Source: an uncultured Gammaproteobacteria bacterium | Lineage (GTDB): Bacteria; Patescibacteriota; Patescibacteriia; JACQSD01 | DNA length: 14,807 nucleotides | Assembly (NCBI GenBank): GCA_964358625.1 | Contig: CAYHPG010000010.1 | Location: forward strand, 1 to 14,807 | Direction: 5' to 3' | In this document: one piece after another, positions 1 to 6,970 of the stretch | Layout of the letters: every line of letters starts with the position of its first letter | How positions within the stretch are numbered: the stretch's first letter is position 1 | The notes under the pieces: generated by a model | What the model saw: the letters and a program-made list of their open reading frames with translations, nothing else | Databases searched by the model: none | Told to the model about the DNA's origin: nothing | Position numbers and translations under genes: made by a program

Positions 1-549
1 TTCTGTCACACGCCGAAAATCAAACCGTTGGCACCGTGAAATAATCGTCTCCGGCACACGATCACTATCCGTCGTTGCAAGAATAAAAAGAACATTCGCA
101 GACGGCTCCTCAAGTGTTTTTAAAAGTGCGTTAAACGCGGCGGTCGAAAGCATGTGCACTTCATCAATGATGAATACTTTTGTTTTGCGCTCCAGTGCAG
201 CAACATGGCTCGCTGCAATAATGTTTTCCCGTACGTTATCAACACCTGTATGCGACGCCGCATCAATCTCCATAACGTCCAATGACCGCCCATCGGTGAT
301 CGCGATGCACGCATGACAGGTATTACAGGGCTCCACGTCATTCTTCTTTCGCCTCTCACAATTCACGGTCTTCGCGAGAAGACGAGCGGTGGTTGTTTTT
401 CCTACACCCCGCGTTCCAGTAAAAAGATACGCATGAACAAGTGATTCATGCGCTATTTCATTCGTTAGTGTCCGGATAATACCTTCTTGTCCTACAACGT
501 CAACCCATTTCTGAGGACGATACGTTCGATAAATTGATCGCAATTCCAT
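1..549 (-). CDS. dnaX: DNA polymerase III subunit gamma/tau, N-terminal part (gene runs off the left edge)
   Basis: Own minus-strand translation from ATG 549-547: MELRSIYRTYRPQKWVDVVGQEGIIRTLTNEIAHESLVHAYLFTGTRGVGKTTTARLLAKTVNCERRKKNDVEPCNTCHACIAITDGRSLDVMEIDAASHTGVDNVREN..FIIDEVHMLSTAAFNALLKTLEEP..IISRCQRFDFRR. It has the clamp-loader Walker A (GTRGVGKTT), the Cys-rich zinc module, a DEVH Walker B and the SRC motif. It is absent from the ORF track only because it is truncated by the window edge. Confidence 0.93.
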   Translation of the reverse strand, partial: MELRSIYRTYRPQKWVDVVGQEGIIRTLTNEIAHESLVHAYLFTGTRGVGKTTTARLLAKTVNCERRKKNDVEPCNTCHACIAITDGRSLDVMEIDAASHTGVDNVRENIIAASHVAALERKTKVFIIDEVHMLSTAAFNALLKTLEEPSANVLFILATTDSDRVPETIISRCQRFDFRRVTE

Positions 550-573
550 AGCTCCCTTTTCTTTTAAAATCAT

Positions 574-672
574 GAGGGGTGACCCGCGGAGGGGGTCCCC
601 CATCGAACCCCAGCAGTCCGGCGAAGCCGGACGATGCGGTCGGATGGGGGTGTAGCGGGGCAGGACCCCGAG
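574..672. ncRNA. GC-rich, highly self-complementary spacer: candidate structured RNA or composite palindromic repeat; identity and strand unresolved
   Basis: A 124-nt gap between the stop of the 178-aa ORF (674) and the dnaX start (549) is far more GC-rich than its surroundings. Complementary segments: tccggc 617-622 / gccgga 626-631 (loop gaa); cccccatc 597-604 / gatggggg 643-650; ggggtcc 592-598 / ggacccc 663-669. The position upstream of dnaX is where ffs/scRNA lies in many bacteria, but the SRP domain IV consensus is not present. Confidence 0.3.
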
Positions 673-673
673 A

Positions 674-1210
674 TTATACCTTAATCACATTTTCCACCGC
701 AGCCCATGCGCCTGCTCCGCCCTTCGGCACGAGAAGCACCACTTCATCGCCGACGTCACCATGATAATAGGTCACGCTTGCAAGCAAAAGTTTATAAACA
801 CGATCCTCTACAAGCCCGACAAACGTATCGCTCTCTGCTTCTTTTGCAAGTTTCCCGCGTAAGCGTTCGCGCTCAACTGGTCCAATCTGTTTAAAAATAA
901 ATGATCCGGACGCGGTAATCGTCAGCTTTAAAAGATCTCCCTCTACAAGCTTCGATTTCGATGCATAGTTCTGCGGGATCGCGTACGATTTCCCATCCCG
1001 CCCGATCATGGCAACGCCATTGAAAATGCCCTCAACGATATTTCCTTCATGCTCATCTGGAGCACGCTCAGTAATCAGCGAAGAAAGATCCACCGATTTC
1101 CCGGAAGAAAGTGCGTCGAGTGTCTGTTCAATCTGTTCAAAAATACTCCTCCCCTTCTCCGCGAGTTCCCGCAACAATGCAATATAATGGTCTTTATTTC
1201 CGTTTTCCAT
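674..1210 (-). CDS. hypothetical protein, 178 aa, last gene of the ATPase operon
   Basis: Clean ORF with an ATG start, located 57 nt downstream of the ATPase stop on the same strand. The composition is non-repetitive and globular-looking (..GIFNGVAMIGRDGKSYAIPQNYASKSKLVEGDLLKLTITASGSFIFKQIGPVERERL..). I recognise no family signature. Confidence 0.7.
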   Translation of the reverse strand: MENGNKDHYIALLRELAEKGRSIFEQIEQTLDALSSGKSVDLSSLITERAPDEHEGNIVEGIFNGVAMIGRDGKSYAIPQNYASKSKLVEGDLLKLTITASGSFIFKQIGPVERERLRGKLAKEAESDTFVGLVEDRVYKLLLASVTYYHGDVGDEVVLLVPKGGAGAWAAVENVIKV

Positions 1211-1267
1211 TTTATTTTATTTCGCTTTTATTTCTTACTCTTCAGTATAACAATTCTCTGCTACTCG

Positions 1268-3844
1268 TCAACGGCTTGCTTCCGCAAATTCAACGTCCGC
1301 ATCTTCCATTGCTTCCCCAAGCTGCGATCGTTCCAATATCTCTGCCTCCACAATCCGCTTATCGCGCCCATATTTCAACCGCGACAACTCTTTAATCATC
1401 GTTGCCAATTCCGTATTTCCTTTTCTCGGTGGAATCGTTTGCATGTTGAACGCCTTTCCCGCCTGATTATCAATAAGCAACTTTACATACGCTGTATATT
1501 TCTCCACATTGATCATGTCGTACTCATTAAAGACAGGCGCGAATTCTTTGGCGAGCACCTGCGCATCCTCAACACCAATCCGGAACGATACCATGGTTCC
1601 CGCGTTCCCGAGCACCGCATCACGCGTGCGCGTGTCTTTCCCGTCCTTCACGAGCTGCCCCATATATTGATGCGCGATAATAAGGTCCAACCGGTATTTT
1701 CGCGCTTCAGAAAGAATCGTCGCGATAGAGTCTGTAATAAAATTTTGGAACTCATCAATATAGAGATAAAAATCATTGCGTTGGTCTTCAGGAAGTTCCG
1801 CACGACTCATTGCCGCCATTTGCAGTTTTGCGACAATGATAAGCCCAAGCAGGTTGGAGTTCACCTCACCGGTTTTCCCCTTTGCCAAATTCACCAGCAA
1901 AATTTTCTTTTTATCCATCACCTCGCGAAAATCAAAACCGGATTTCTGCTGCCCCATGATATTGCGCATCATTTCGTTTTCAACGAACCGACCGACTTTC
2001 GAAATCAAATATCCAAGCATTTCGGATTTATGGAAATCGGACGTCTTTGCCATTTCTTTTTCCCAAAATGCGCGCACGATGGGATCCTTCACTTTCGACA
2101 CCCAATGTTTCTGATAATCAGCATCAGAAAACATACGCGGAATCTCGGCGATGGTTCCTGGGTTTCCCGGATCAGACATAAGTGTCAACATCACATTACG
2201 CATATTGTGCTCGAACATTGGCCCAATCATTTCCGGAGGGAAAAGCTTGTAAAAAATCCCAATCATTTCCTGTACCGCGTAATCACGCTGATCTTCGTTC
2301 CGCGTTTCCAGCATATTCAAGCCCACCGGACGCTCGGTGTCCGATGGGTCAAATATAATCACGTCATCCGCGCGTTCTTTTGGCACTGCAGAAAGAACAT
2401 CCTCAACAAAATCGCCATGCGGATCAATAACACATACTCCTTCACCGTTAATGACATCTTGCTTCGCCATGTTGCCAAGAAGCACCGATTTACCCACACC
2501 GGATTTACCGATGATATACACATGCCGACGACGATCTTCTTTTTTCAAATGAATCATCTTTGTCACACTGCGAAACGTATTTTTCCCCAAAAGTATTCCT
2601 TCTGTTGGTGTATTGACCGGCGCCGGCGCTTTCTTTGCGAGAAGCCATTGAATGTTCGGCGTTTCGGTCGTGGGTAAAGGAAAATGGTACAAGCTCGCCA
2701 TTTCTTCGGTATTCAAAATCAACTTTCGGCGTTCTCGATAATTCCGAAAAATAAAATCCCGAACAAGGCGCTTTTCGAGAAACAGTTTGAAAAATAATTT
2801 GCGTAAATGTTTGTGTGACGATGGTTTTGTTTTCTGAAGACTATTCCCATACTCATAGACGTTGAACTGACTAAATGCATTTGCGATATTTTCAAGAAGC
2901 ATTTCCGCGCGCTCCTGATCTTTCGACGACACAACAATCCGAATATTCACATCCATGCCTGCTTTCGCGGTTTTCTCTTCAAGCCCTTTCACCATCTCCT
3001 GTTCCAGTGGAGAGAGGCTATGCTTCTCTTTTGCTCCATCCATTCCATCTTTTTTCTTCGTCGTGAAATAATCAGTTAAATTCCCAATTGTTCGCAAAAT
3101 AAAATTCGCGTTCACCACGCGGAGTGCATGCTCCAAGGTCTTTCCCTGCTGCATTTCTTTTGCGACGCGCACTCCCCATTTATGCCAGACACCTTTTGCG
3201 GAACGAACGACGAATTGAATCACTGCGCCTTCAGTCGTATCAATTTTTGAAAGCGAATTGGTGAGCGAGTTCAACGTGTCCGATTCTATCTTCTTATATG
3301 TTTTCAAAGGGAAAAAGAACGAGCGCTTAAACGTCAAATACGTTCCAATCACCTTCCCCTGTGGTACAAAAATGTTATAGTCACTCGTCAAATCGATTTG
3401 TGCTTCAGGATATTGAGAATGGATTTGCTGTTCAATGTATTGCTGATGACGCGCGGGAATCGCAATATAAAAAGAAATCAGTCCCTTGTCAGCGACAATC
3501 TCAAATGCAAAATGATCCTCACGGCCAAAGAGCCATGCCTTGAGTCCACGTTGCGCGCGCATACCGCCAATAGACGCAAAAAATGTTTCGGCAACCGCAA
3601 TCTTCTCTTGCAAATTCTGATGCGTGATGGGCGTCGATTTTTCATCGCGTTTATCTTTTGCTGCTTCCTTCGGTAACGTCACGAGAAGCACAACCATCTT
3701 AAATGCAATGGAGAAACGATATCCATAATGCAAAAACCATCGCGCCAATTGCACGAGAATAATCGCCACGATAACGCCGCCAACATACGGCAATGCGTCA
3801 ATCACTGATGGAGGAAGCTCAAGATCGAAAAATAAAAAATTCAT
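1268..3844 (-). CDS. membrane-anchored P-loop ATPase of the VirD4/TraG/TraD coupling-protein or HerA-FtsK superfamily (858 aa)
   Basis: N-terminal hydrophobic helices (LPYVGGVIVAIILVQLARWFL.., FKMVVLLVTL). Walker A IIGKSGVGKS is encoded at 2486-2509. A VIDPHGD motif is present. Walker B FYLYIDEFQNF is encoded at about 1741-1775. ARKYRLDLIIAHQYMGQL is typical of the TraG/TraD C-terminal module. The 542-aa plus-strand ORF 1049..2677 is its antisense shadow. Confidence 0.85.
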   Translation of the reverse strand: MNFLFFDLELPPSVIDALPYVGGVIVAIILVQLARWFLHYGYRFSIAFKMVVLLVTLPKEAAKDKRDEKSTPITHQNLQEKIAVAETFFASIGGMRAQRGLKAWLFGREDHFAFEIVADKGLISFYIAIPARHQQYIEQQIHSQYPEAQIDLTSDYNIFVPQGKVIGTYLTFKRSFFFPLKTYKKIESDTLNSLTNSLSKIDTTEGAVIQFVVRSAKGVWHKWGVRVAKEMQQGKTLEHALRVVNANFILRTIGNLTDYFTTKKKDGMDGAKEKHSLSPLEQEMVKGLEEKTAKAGMDVNIRIVVSSKDQERAEMLLENIANAFSQFNVYEYGNSLQKTKPSSHKHLRKLFFKLFLEKRLVRDFIFRNYRERRKLILNTEEMASLYHFPLPTTETPNIQWLLAKKAPAPVNTPTEGILLGKNTFRSVTKMIHLKKEDRRRHVYIIGKSGVGKSVLLGNMAKQDVINGEGVCVIDPHGDFVEDVLSAVPKERADDVIIFDPSDTERPVGLNMLETRNEDQRDYAVQEMIGIFYKLFPPEMIGPMFEHNMRNVMLTLMSDPGNPGTIAEIPRMFSDADYQKHWVSKVKDPIVRAFWEKEMAKTSDFHKSEMLGYLISKVGRFVENEMMRNIMGQQKSGFDFREVMDKKKILLVNLAKGKTGEVNSNLLGLIIVAKLQMAAMSRAELPEDQRNDFYLYIDEFQNFITDSIATILSEARKYRLDLIIAHQYMGQLVKDGKDTRTRDAVLGNAGTMVSFRIGVEDAQVLAKEFAPVFNEYDMINVEKYTAYVKLLIDNQAGKAFNMQTIPPRKGNTELATMIKELSRLKYGRDKRIVEAEILERSQLGEAMEDADVEFAEASR

Positions 3845-4347
3845 GAATTTTTCTTTTGTTCTCGATGGAGCGTAATAATTTTATCTGCTTTGATCTTTGC
3901 TTCTTGTTCAAGGAAAAAAGAATTGATGTGCGGAATAATAGAAAGCCATTTTTGCAACAATCGCAACACTTTCAAAATATTCAAATGCACGGCGGCGAGC
4001 AATCGTTCGATTTTTTTTGCTGTATCTTCTCCGCGTCTTTTAAACTCCTCCCGCATGTTCGGAGGCATTTGCCAATATGCTTCCTCAAGGTCTTCCTCAA
4101 GAATTTCCTCAATCACTTGCAACACTTCGCTTTTCTTTATAACAGTGAGTGATGGCGCATCCGTGAAAGAAACAGCAGTCGATTGTTTCGAAGTCGGAGT
4201 ACGAGAAGACTCCGCAGCTTCTTGGGTCTGCGCAGAAGACTCTTCTTCCTTCTCAAAAATTTTCTCTCCTTCAATTGGTTGTTCCGTCGAAATGGGCTGT
4301 TGAGAAATTTCCGGAGAAATTGGCTTTATTTTCTGTGCTTCTGGCAT
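3841..4347 (-). CDS. hypothetical protein, 168 aa, acidic low-complexity N-terminus plus helical C-terminal domain; overlaps the ATPase start (ATGA)
   Basis: The ORF starts at ATG 4347. Its stop overlaps the ATPase ATG by 4 nt (3841-3844), which suggests translational coupling. An extended -10 lies directly upstream. I recognise no family. Confidence 0.7.
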   Translation of the reverse strand: MPEAQKIKPISPEISQQPISTEQPIEGEKIFEKEEESSAQTQEAAESSRTPTSKQSTAVSFTDAPSLTVIKKSEVLQVIEEILEEDLEEAYWQMPPNMREEFKRRGEDTAKKIERLLAAVHLNILKVLRLLQKWLSIIPHINSFFLEQEAKIKADKIITLHREQKKNS

Positions 4348-4353
4348 AAACGA

Positions 4354-4362
4354 ATTATACCA
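4354..4362 (-). promoter_or_regulatory. extended -10 promoter element TGgTATAAT for the 168-aa/ATPase operon
   Basis: The minus strand reads agTGgTATAATtcgtttATG. The consensus hexamer is at 4359-4354 with TG at 4362-4361. Only 6 nt separate the hexamer from the ATG at 4347. Confidence 0.5.
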
Positions 4363-4375
4363 CTTTTTATGAATT

Positions 4376-4404
4376 TTGTACTCTTATCCACAATAGTGTA
4401 AAAT
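4376..4404 (+). promoter_or_regulatory. candidate sigma-70 promoter of the corA-like gene (-35 TTGTAC, 17-nt spacer, -10 TAAAAT)
   Basis: ttgtac 4376-4381, spacer 4382-4398, taaaat 4399-4404, then gaagct and ATG at 4411. Confidence 0.4.
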
Positions 4405-4410
4405 GAAGCT

Positions 4411-5328
4411 ATGCACATACGAGAACTCACCACACCAACAGTACGCTGGGTAAACGTCACTCGCCCAGAAAAACGCGAATTAGACTACCTCGCGAAAGAA
4501 TTTAAATTCCATCCCCTTGACCTTGAAGATTGCGCCTCGCCGGCCCAGCGACCAAAGATTGATGAATATCCCCATTACCTCTTCCTCGTCCTTATTTTCC
4601 CGCTCTATAACCGCAAAACAGGGGAAATTATTCCTACAGAGATCGATTTCTTCATCGGCGAAAAATATCTCGTAACGGTCCATCGCAGCGAACTCTTTCC
4701 CTTCATGCAATTTTTCGATGAATGTCGCAGTGACCTTGTATTACAAAAGCGCGTCATGACTGCTCCTGAACAATTGCTCTATGAAATACTCGAACGCCTT
4801 CTCATGCATACCTTCCCCATGCTCGACAATATCAATCTTGACATTACGCGCATTCAAAAAGAAATATTTGCCGGGAATGAACGGCGTGTCGTCCGCGAAA
4901 TTCTCGCAACAAAACGGAATATTGTAAATTTCCGCCGCGTCATGCAAGCGCATAAAGCGATGATCCGTCGCGTCAAAGAAAAACAATCAAAATTCTGTAA
5001 AGGAAAATGTGTTGTCATCTATTTTGATAACCTCGTCGAACACACGAAAGATATTTGGGATACACTCGAAAATCAAAAAGATACTATTAATGCGCTACAA
5101 GAAACCAACGAATCGCTGATTACATTCCAGTTGAACGACATCATGAAATTGTTGACAATCATTTCCGTCATCATGCTTCCTGCGGGGCTCGTCGCAAGTC
5201 TTTTTTCAACAAACGCGGAATACACTCCTCTTGTTGGTACTCCGGGAGATTTTTGGATGCTCGTTGGTCTCATGGGTCTTGTGGCGCTCGGCATGATCGC
5301 ATTCTTTAGAAAAAAGAAATGGCTGTAG
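4411..5328 (+). CDS. corA: CorA-family divalent cation transporter with a non-canonical pore motif
   Basis: 305 aa. It has a CorA-like N-terminal domain (..IDFFIGEKYLVTVHRSEL..), two C-terminal TM helices and a basic tail: LLTIISVIMLPAGLVASLFSTNAEYTPL..FWMLVGLMGLVALGMIAFFRKKKWL. This aligns by eye with Thermotoga CorA ..IAGIYGMNFEYMPEL..VVYFKKKKWL. Confidence 0.82.
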   Translation: MHIRELTTPTVRWVNVTRPEKRELDYLAKEFKFHPLDLEDCASPAQRPKIDEYPHYLFLVLIFPLYNRKTGEIIPTEIDFFIGEKYLVTVHRSELFPFMQFFDECRSDLVLQKRVMTAPEQLLYEILERLLMHTFPMLDNINLDITRIQKEIFAGNERRVVREILATKRNIVNFRRVMQAHKAMIRRVKEKQSKFCKGKCVVIYFDNLVEHTKDIWDTLENQKDTINALQETNESLITFQLNDIMKLLTIISVIMLPAGLVASLFSTNAEYTPLVGTPGDFWMLVGLMGLVALGMIAFFRKKKWL

Positions 5329-5370
5329 AAGCAGTAAAGTAAGCGAGGACAGCAAGGTCAGTAAAACCAG

Positions 5371-5412
5371 CTGTCTTCACTGTCTTCACTGTCTTCACTG
5401 TCTTCACTGTCC
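5371..5412 (+). repeat. tandem repeat, 9-bp unit ctgtcttca x4 plus partial ctgtcc, ending immediately at the cysS ATG
   Basis: Read directly: ctgtcttca at 5371, 5380, 5389 and 5398, then ctgtcc at 5407-5412, then ATG at 5413. Confidence 0.92.
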
Positions 5413-6852
5413 ATGCTTCGTTTTTACAATACATTAACTCATAAGAAAGAAGTATTCGTACCGATGCGCGAAGGACGCGTCGGTCTTTATACCTGCGGGC
5501 CGACCGTCTACAACTACGCGCACATCGGTAATTTGCGTACGTACATTTTTGAAGATGTGCTTCGACGCGTGCTTGAATACACAGGATTGCATGTCACGCA
5601 CGTCATGAATATAACGGATGTAGGGCACCTCACGTCAGATGCAGACACCGGTGAGGACAAAATGGAGAAGGGCGCGCGGCGAGAAAAGAAAACCGTCTGG
5701 GAAATTGCGCAATTCTATACCGACCTTTTTAAAAAAGATATGGCAGCGCTTCATATTAAAGAGCCGACGATTTGGTGCAAGGCGACGGATCATATCAAAG
5801 AGCAAATTGATCTTATAAAACGCCTCGAAAAAAAAGGCTACACCTATACGACCCAAGACGGCGTCTATTTTGACACATTAAAATTTCCATCGTACGGAGC
5901 GCTCGCGCAATTAAATGTGAAAGGACAAAAAGCTGGTGCACGTGTAGAGATGGTGAAGGGTAAAAAAAATCTTGCGGATTTCGCGCTGTGGAAGTTCTCA
6001 AATCCGAATGGTAGTCCTTCGACGGGCTCAGGACATCTGCCGAGGCGGCAGATGGAATGGGCTTCTCCATGGGGAAAGGGCTTCCCCGGCTGGCATATTG
6101 AATGCAGTGCCATGGCGATGAAATATCTCGGCGAAGAGTTTGATATCCATACCGGTGGCATCGACCATATCCCGGTGCATCACACGAACGAAATCGCGCA
6201 AAGCGAGGCGGCAACAGGGCACGCGTTCGTGCGCTACTGGCTCCACGGAGAATATCTCATCGTCAATAGTCCCCCTCTTCATGTAAGAGGGGCAGGGGGA
6301 GTTATTGAAACTAAAATGGCGAAATCCGGAGAAAATTTCACGAGACTCCAAACGCTCACCGATCAACGCCACGATCCCCTCGCCTACCGATATTTCGCGC
6401 TCACCGCACACTACCGAAAACAACTCACCTTCTCATGGGAAGCGCTTGAAGCAGCGGAACAAGGACTAAAAAATCTTCGCGAACGACTTTTTGAAAGTGG
6501 TAATACAATTGGAGAACTCCCGAATACGATCAAGAAAAAATTTGGTGCAATCATCGGCAATGATCTCGATATGCCAAAAGCGATCGCATACCTCTGGGAA
6601 ATCGTCAAATCAAAAAAGTCGGGAGCCATAAAACGCGCCGCGGCGCAAGAATTCGATAAAATTTTCGCCCTAGATCTTCTTGCACACAAAGCCGAACCCG
6701 TACCGGAGCATGTGATGATTCTCGTGCGCGAACGCGAAGACGCGCGAAAAAATAAAGAGTGGCAAAAATCCGACGACCTGCGCAAACGCATCCTCGAGGA
6801 AGGGTGGGTTGTGGAGGATACTTCCCAAGGCTCGCATGTGAAGGCCGTTTGA
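5413..6852 (+). CDS. cysS: cysteine--tRNA ligase
   Basis: LYTCGPTVYNYAHIGNLRTY (HIGH motif), WHIECSAM, and KMAKS (the KMSKS motif). 479 aa. It carries two short GC-rich insertions (see repeat features). Confidence 0.95.
   Translation: MLRFYNTLTHKKEVFVPMREGRVGLYTCGPTVYNYAHIGNLRTYIFEDVLRRVLEYTGLHVTHVMNITDVGHLTSDADTGEDKMEKGARREKKTVWEIAQFYTDLFKKDMAALHIKEPTIWCKATDHIKEQIDLIKRLEKKGYTYTTQDGVYFDTLKFPSYGALAQLNVKGQKAGARVEMVKGKKNLADFALWKFSNPNGSPSTGSGHLPRRQMEWASPWGKGFPGWHIECSAMAMKYLGEEFDIHTGGIDHIPVHHTNEIAQSEAATGHAFVRYWLHGEYLIVNSPPLHVRGAGGVIETKMAKSGENFTRLQTLTDQRHDPLAYRYFALTAHYRKQLTFSWEALEAAEQGLKNLRERLFESGNTIGELPNTIKKKFGAIIGNDLDMPKAIAYLWEIVKSKKSGAIKRAAAQEFDKIFALDLLAHKAEPVPEHVMILVREREDARKNKEWQKSDDLRKRILEEGWVVEDTSQGSHVKAV
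6014..6054 (+). repeat. in-frame GC-rich insertion in cysS: diverged copy of the PSTSSGQ 22-mer followed by a 9-bp-stem hairpin
   Basis: gtccttcgacgggctcaggaca (6014-6035) matches the reverse complement of the dnaK/grpE 22-mer at 17 of 22 positions and encodes SPSTGSGH. catctgccg-agg-cggcagatg (6034-6054) is an inverted repeat whose right arm encodes the RQM of the ..RRQMEWASPWG.. stretch, which I take to be native sequence. Confidence 0.6.
6268..6303 (+). repeat. in-frame hairpin insertion in cysS directly before KMSKS (encodes SPPLHVRGAGGV)
   Basis: cccctctt (6272-6279) catgt aagagggg (6285-6292) followed by caggggga. It has the same architecture as the intergenic CCCTC..GAGGG hairpins at 6971-7018, 9357-9379, 9427-9447 and 9851-9871. 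Confidence 0.6.
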
Positions 6853-6855
6853 TTT

Positions 6856-6913
6856 GTCATTGCGAGGCCGAATATTCCCCGAGCGAAGTCGAGGGGGCGG
6901 CCGAAGCAATCTC
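6856..6913. repeat. GC-rich repeat of the gtcattgcgag...gaagcaatctc type, with an embedded cgagcgaagtcgag motif
   Basis: It begins 4 nt after the cysS stop. It shares gtcattgcga and caatctc with the element at 8118-8188. The internal cgagcgaagtcgag (6880-6893) recurs in the hrcA leader (13091-13102, 13115-13124). Confidence 0.55.
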
Positions 6914-6970
6914 AAAACATTAAGATGCTCGACATCTCGGGCATTTTTTGTTATGCTCTCGTTCGTATCG

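Noticed and set aside
600-640. tRNA-like T-loop string ggttcgatg on the minus strand
   Set aside because: The flanking bases are not complementary, so there is no T-stem. No acceptor, D or anticodon arms could be drawn.
574-672. Calling this spacer the SRP (4.5S/ffs) RNA on the basis of synteny with dnaX
   Set aside because: Neither strand shows the conserved domain IV pattern (GNRA tetraloop closed by a short stem next to the AGCA-containing loop). The only 4.5S-like similarity is on the strand opposite to dnaX. It is kept as an unresolved candidate structured RNA or repeat.
1049-2677. 542-aa plus-strand ORF from the ORF track
   Set aside because: It is the antisense shadow of the strongly supported ATPase gene. 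The translation is low-complexity and Phe/Arg/His-rich with no motifs.
3660-3673. The minus-strand sequence ccgaaggaagcagc resembles the SRP RNA motif CCGGAAGGAAGCAGC
   Set aside because: It lies inside the ATPase CDS, encoding ..LPKEAAKD.., and has no surrounding helices. This is a coincidental match.
4411-5328. Possible frameshift or pseudogene status of the corA-like gene because of the aberrant motif
   Set aside because: The reading frame is intact end to end, with both TM helices and the basic C-terminal tail. The variant motif is reported as a finding instead.
5371-5412. Possible CRISPR-like array
   Set aside because: These are contiguous 9-bp units with no spacers, and no cas genes are present. 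It is a simple tandem repeat.
5813-6915. Minus-strand ORFs of 81-149 aa overlapping cysS
   Set aside because: They are antisense to the well-supported cysS and are Arg/Ser-rich shadow translations.
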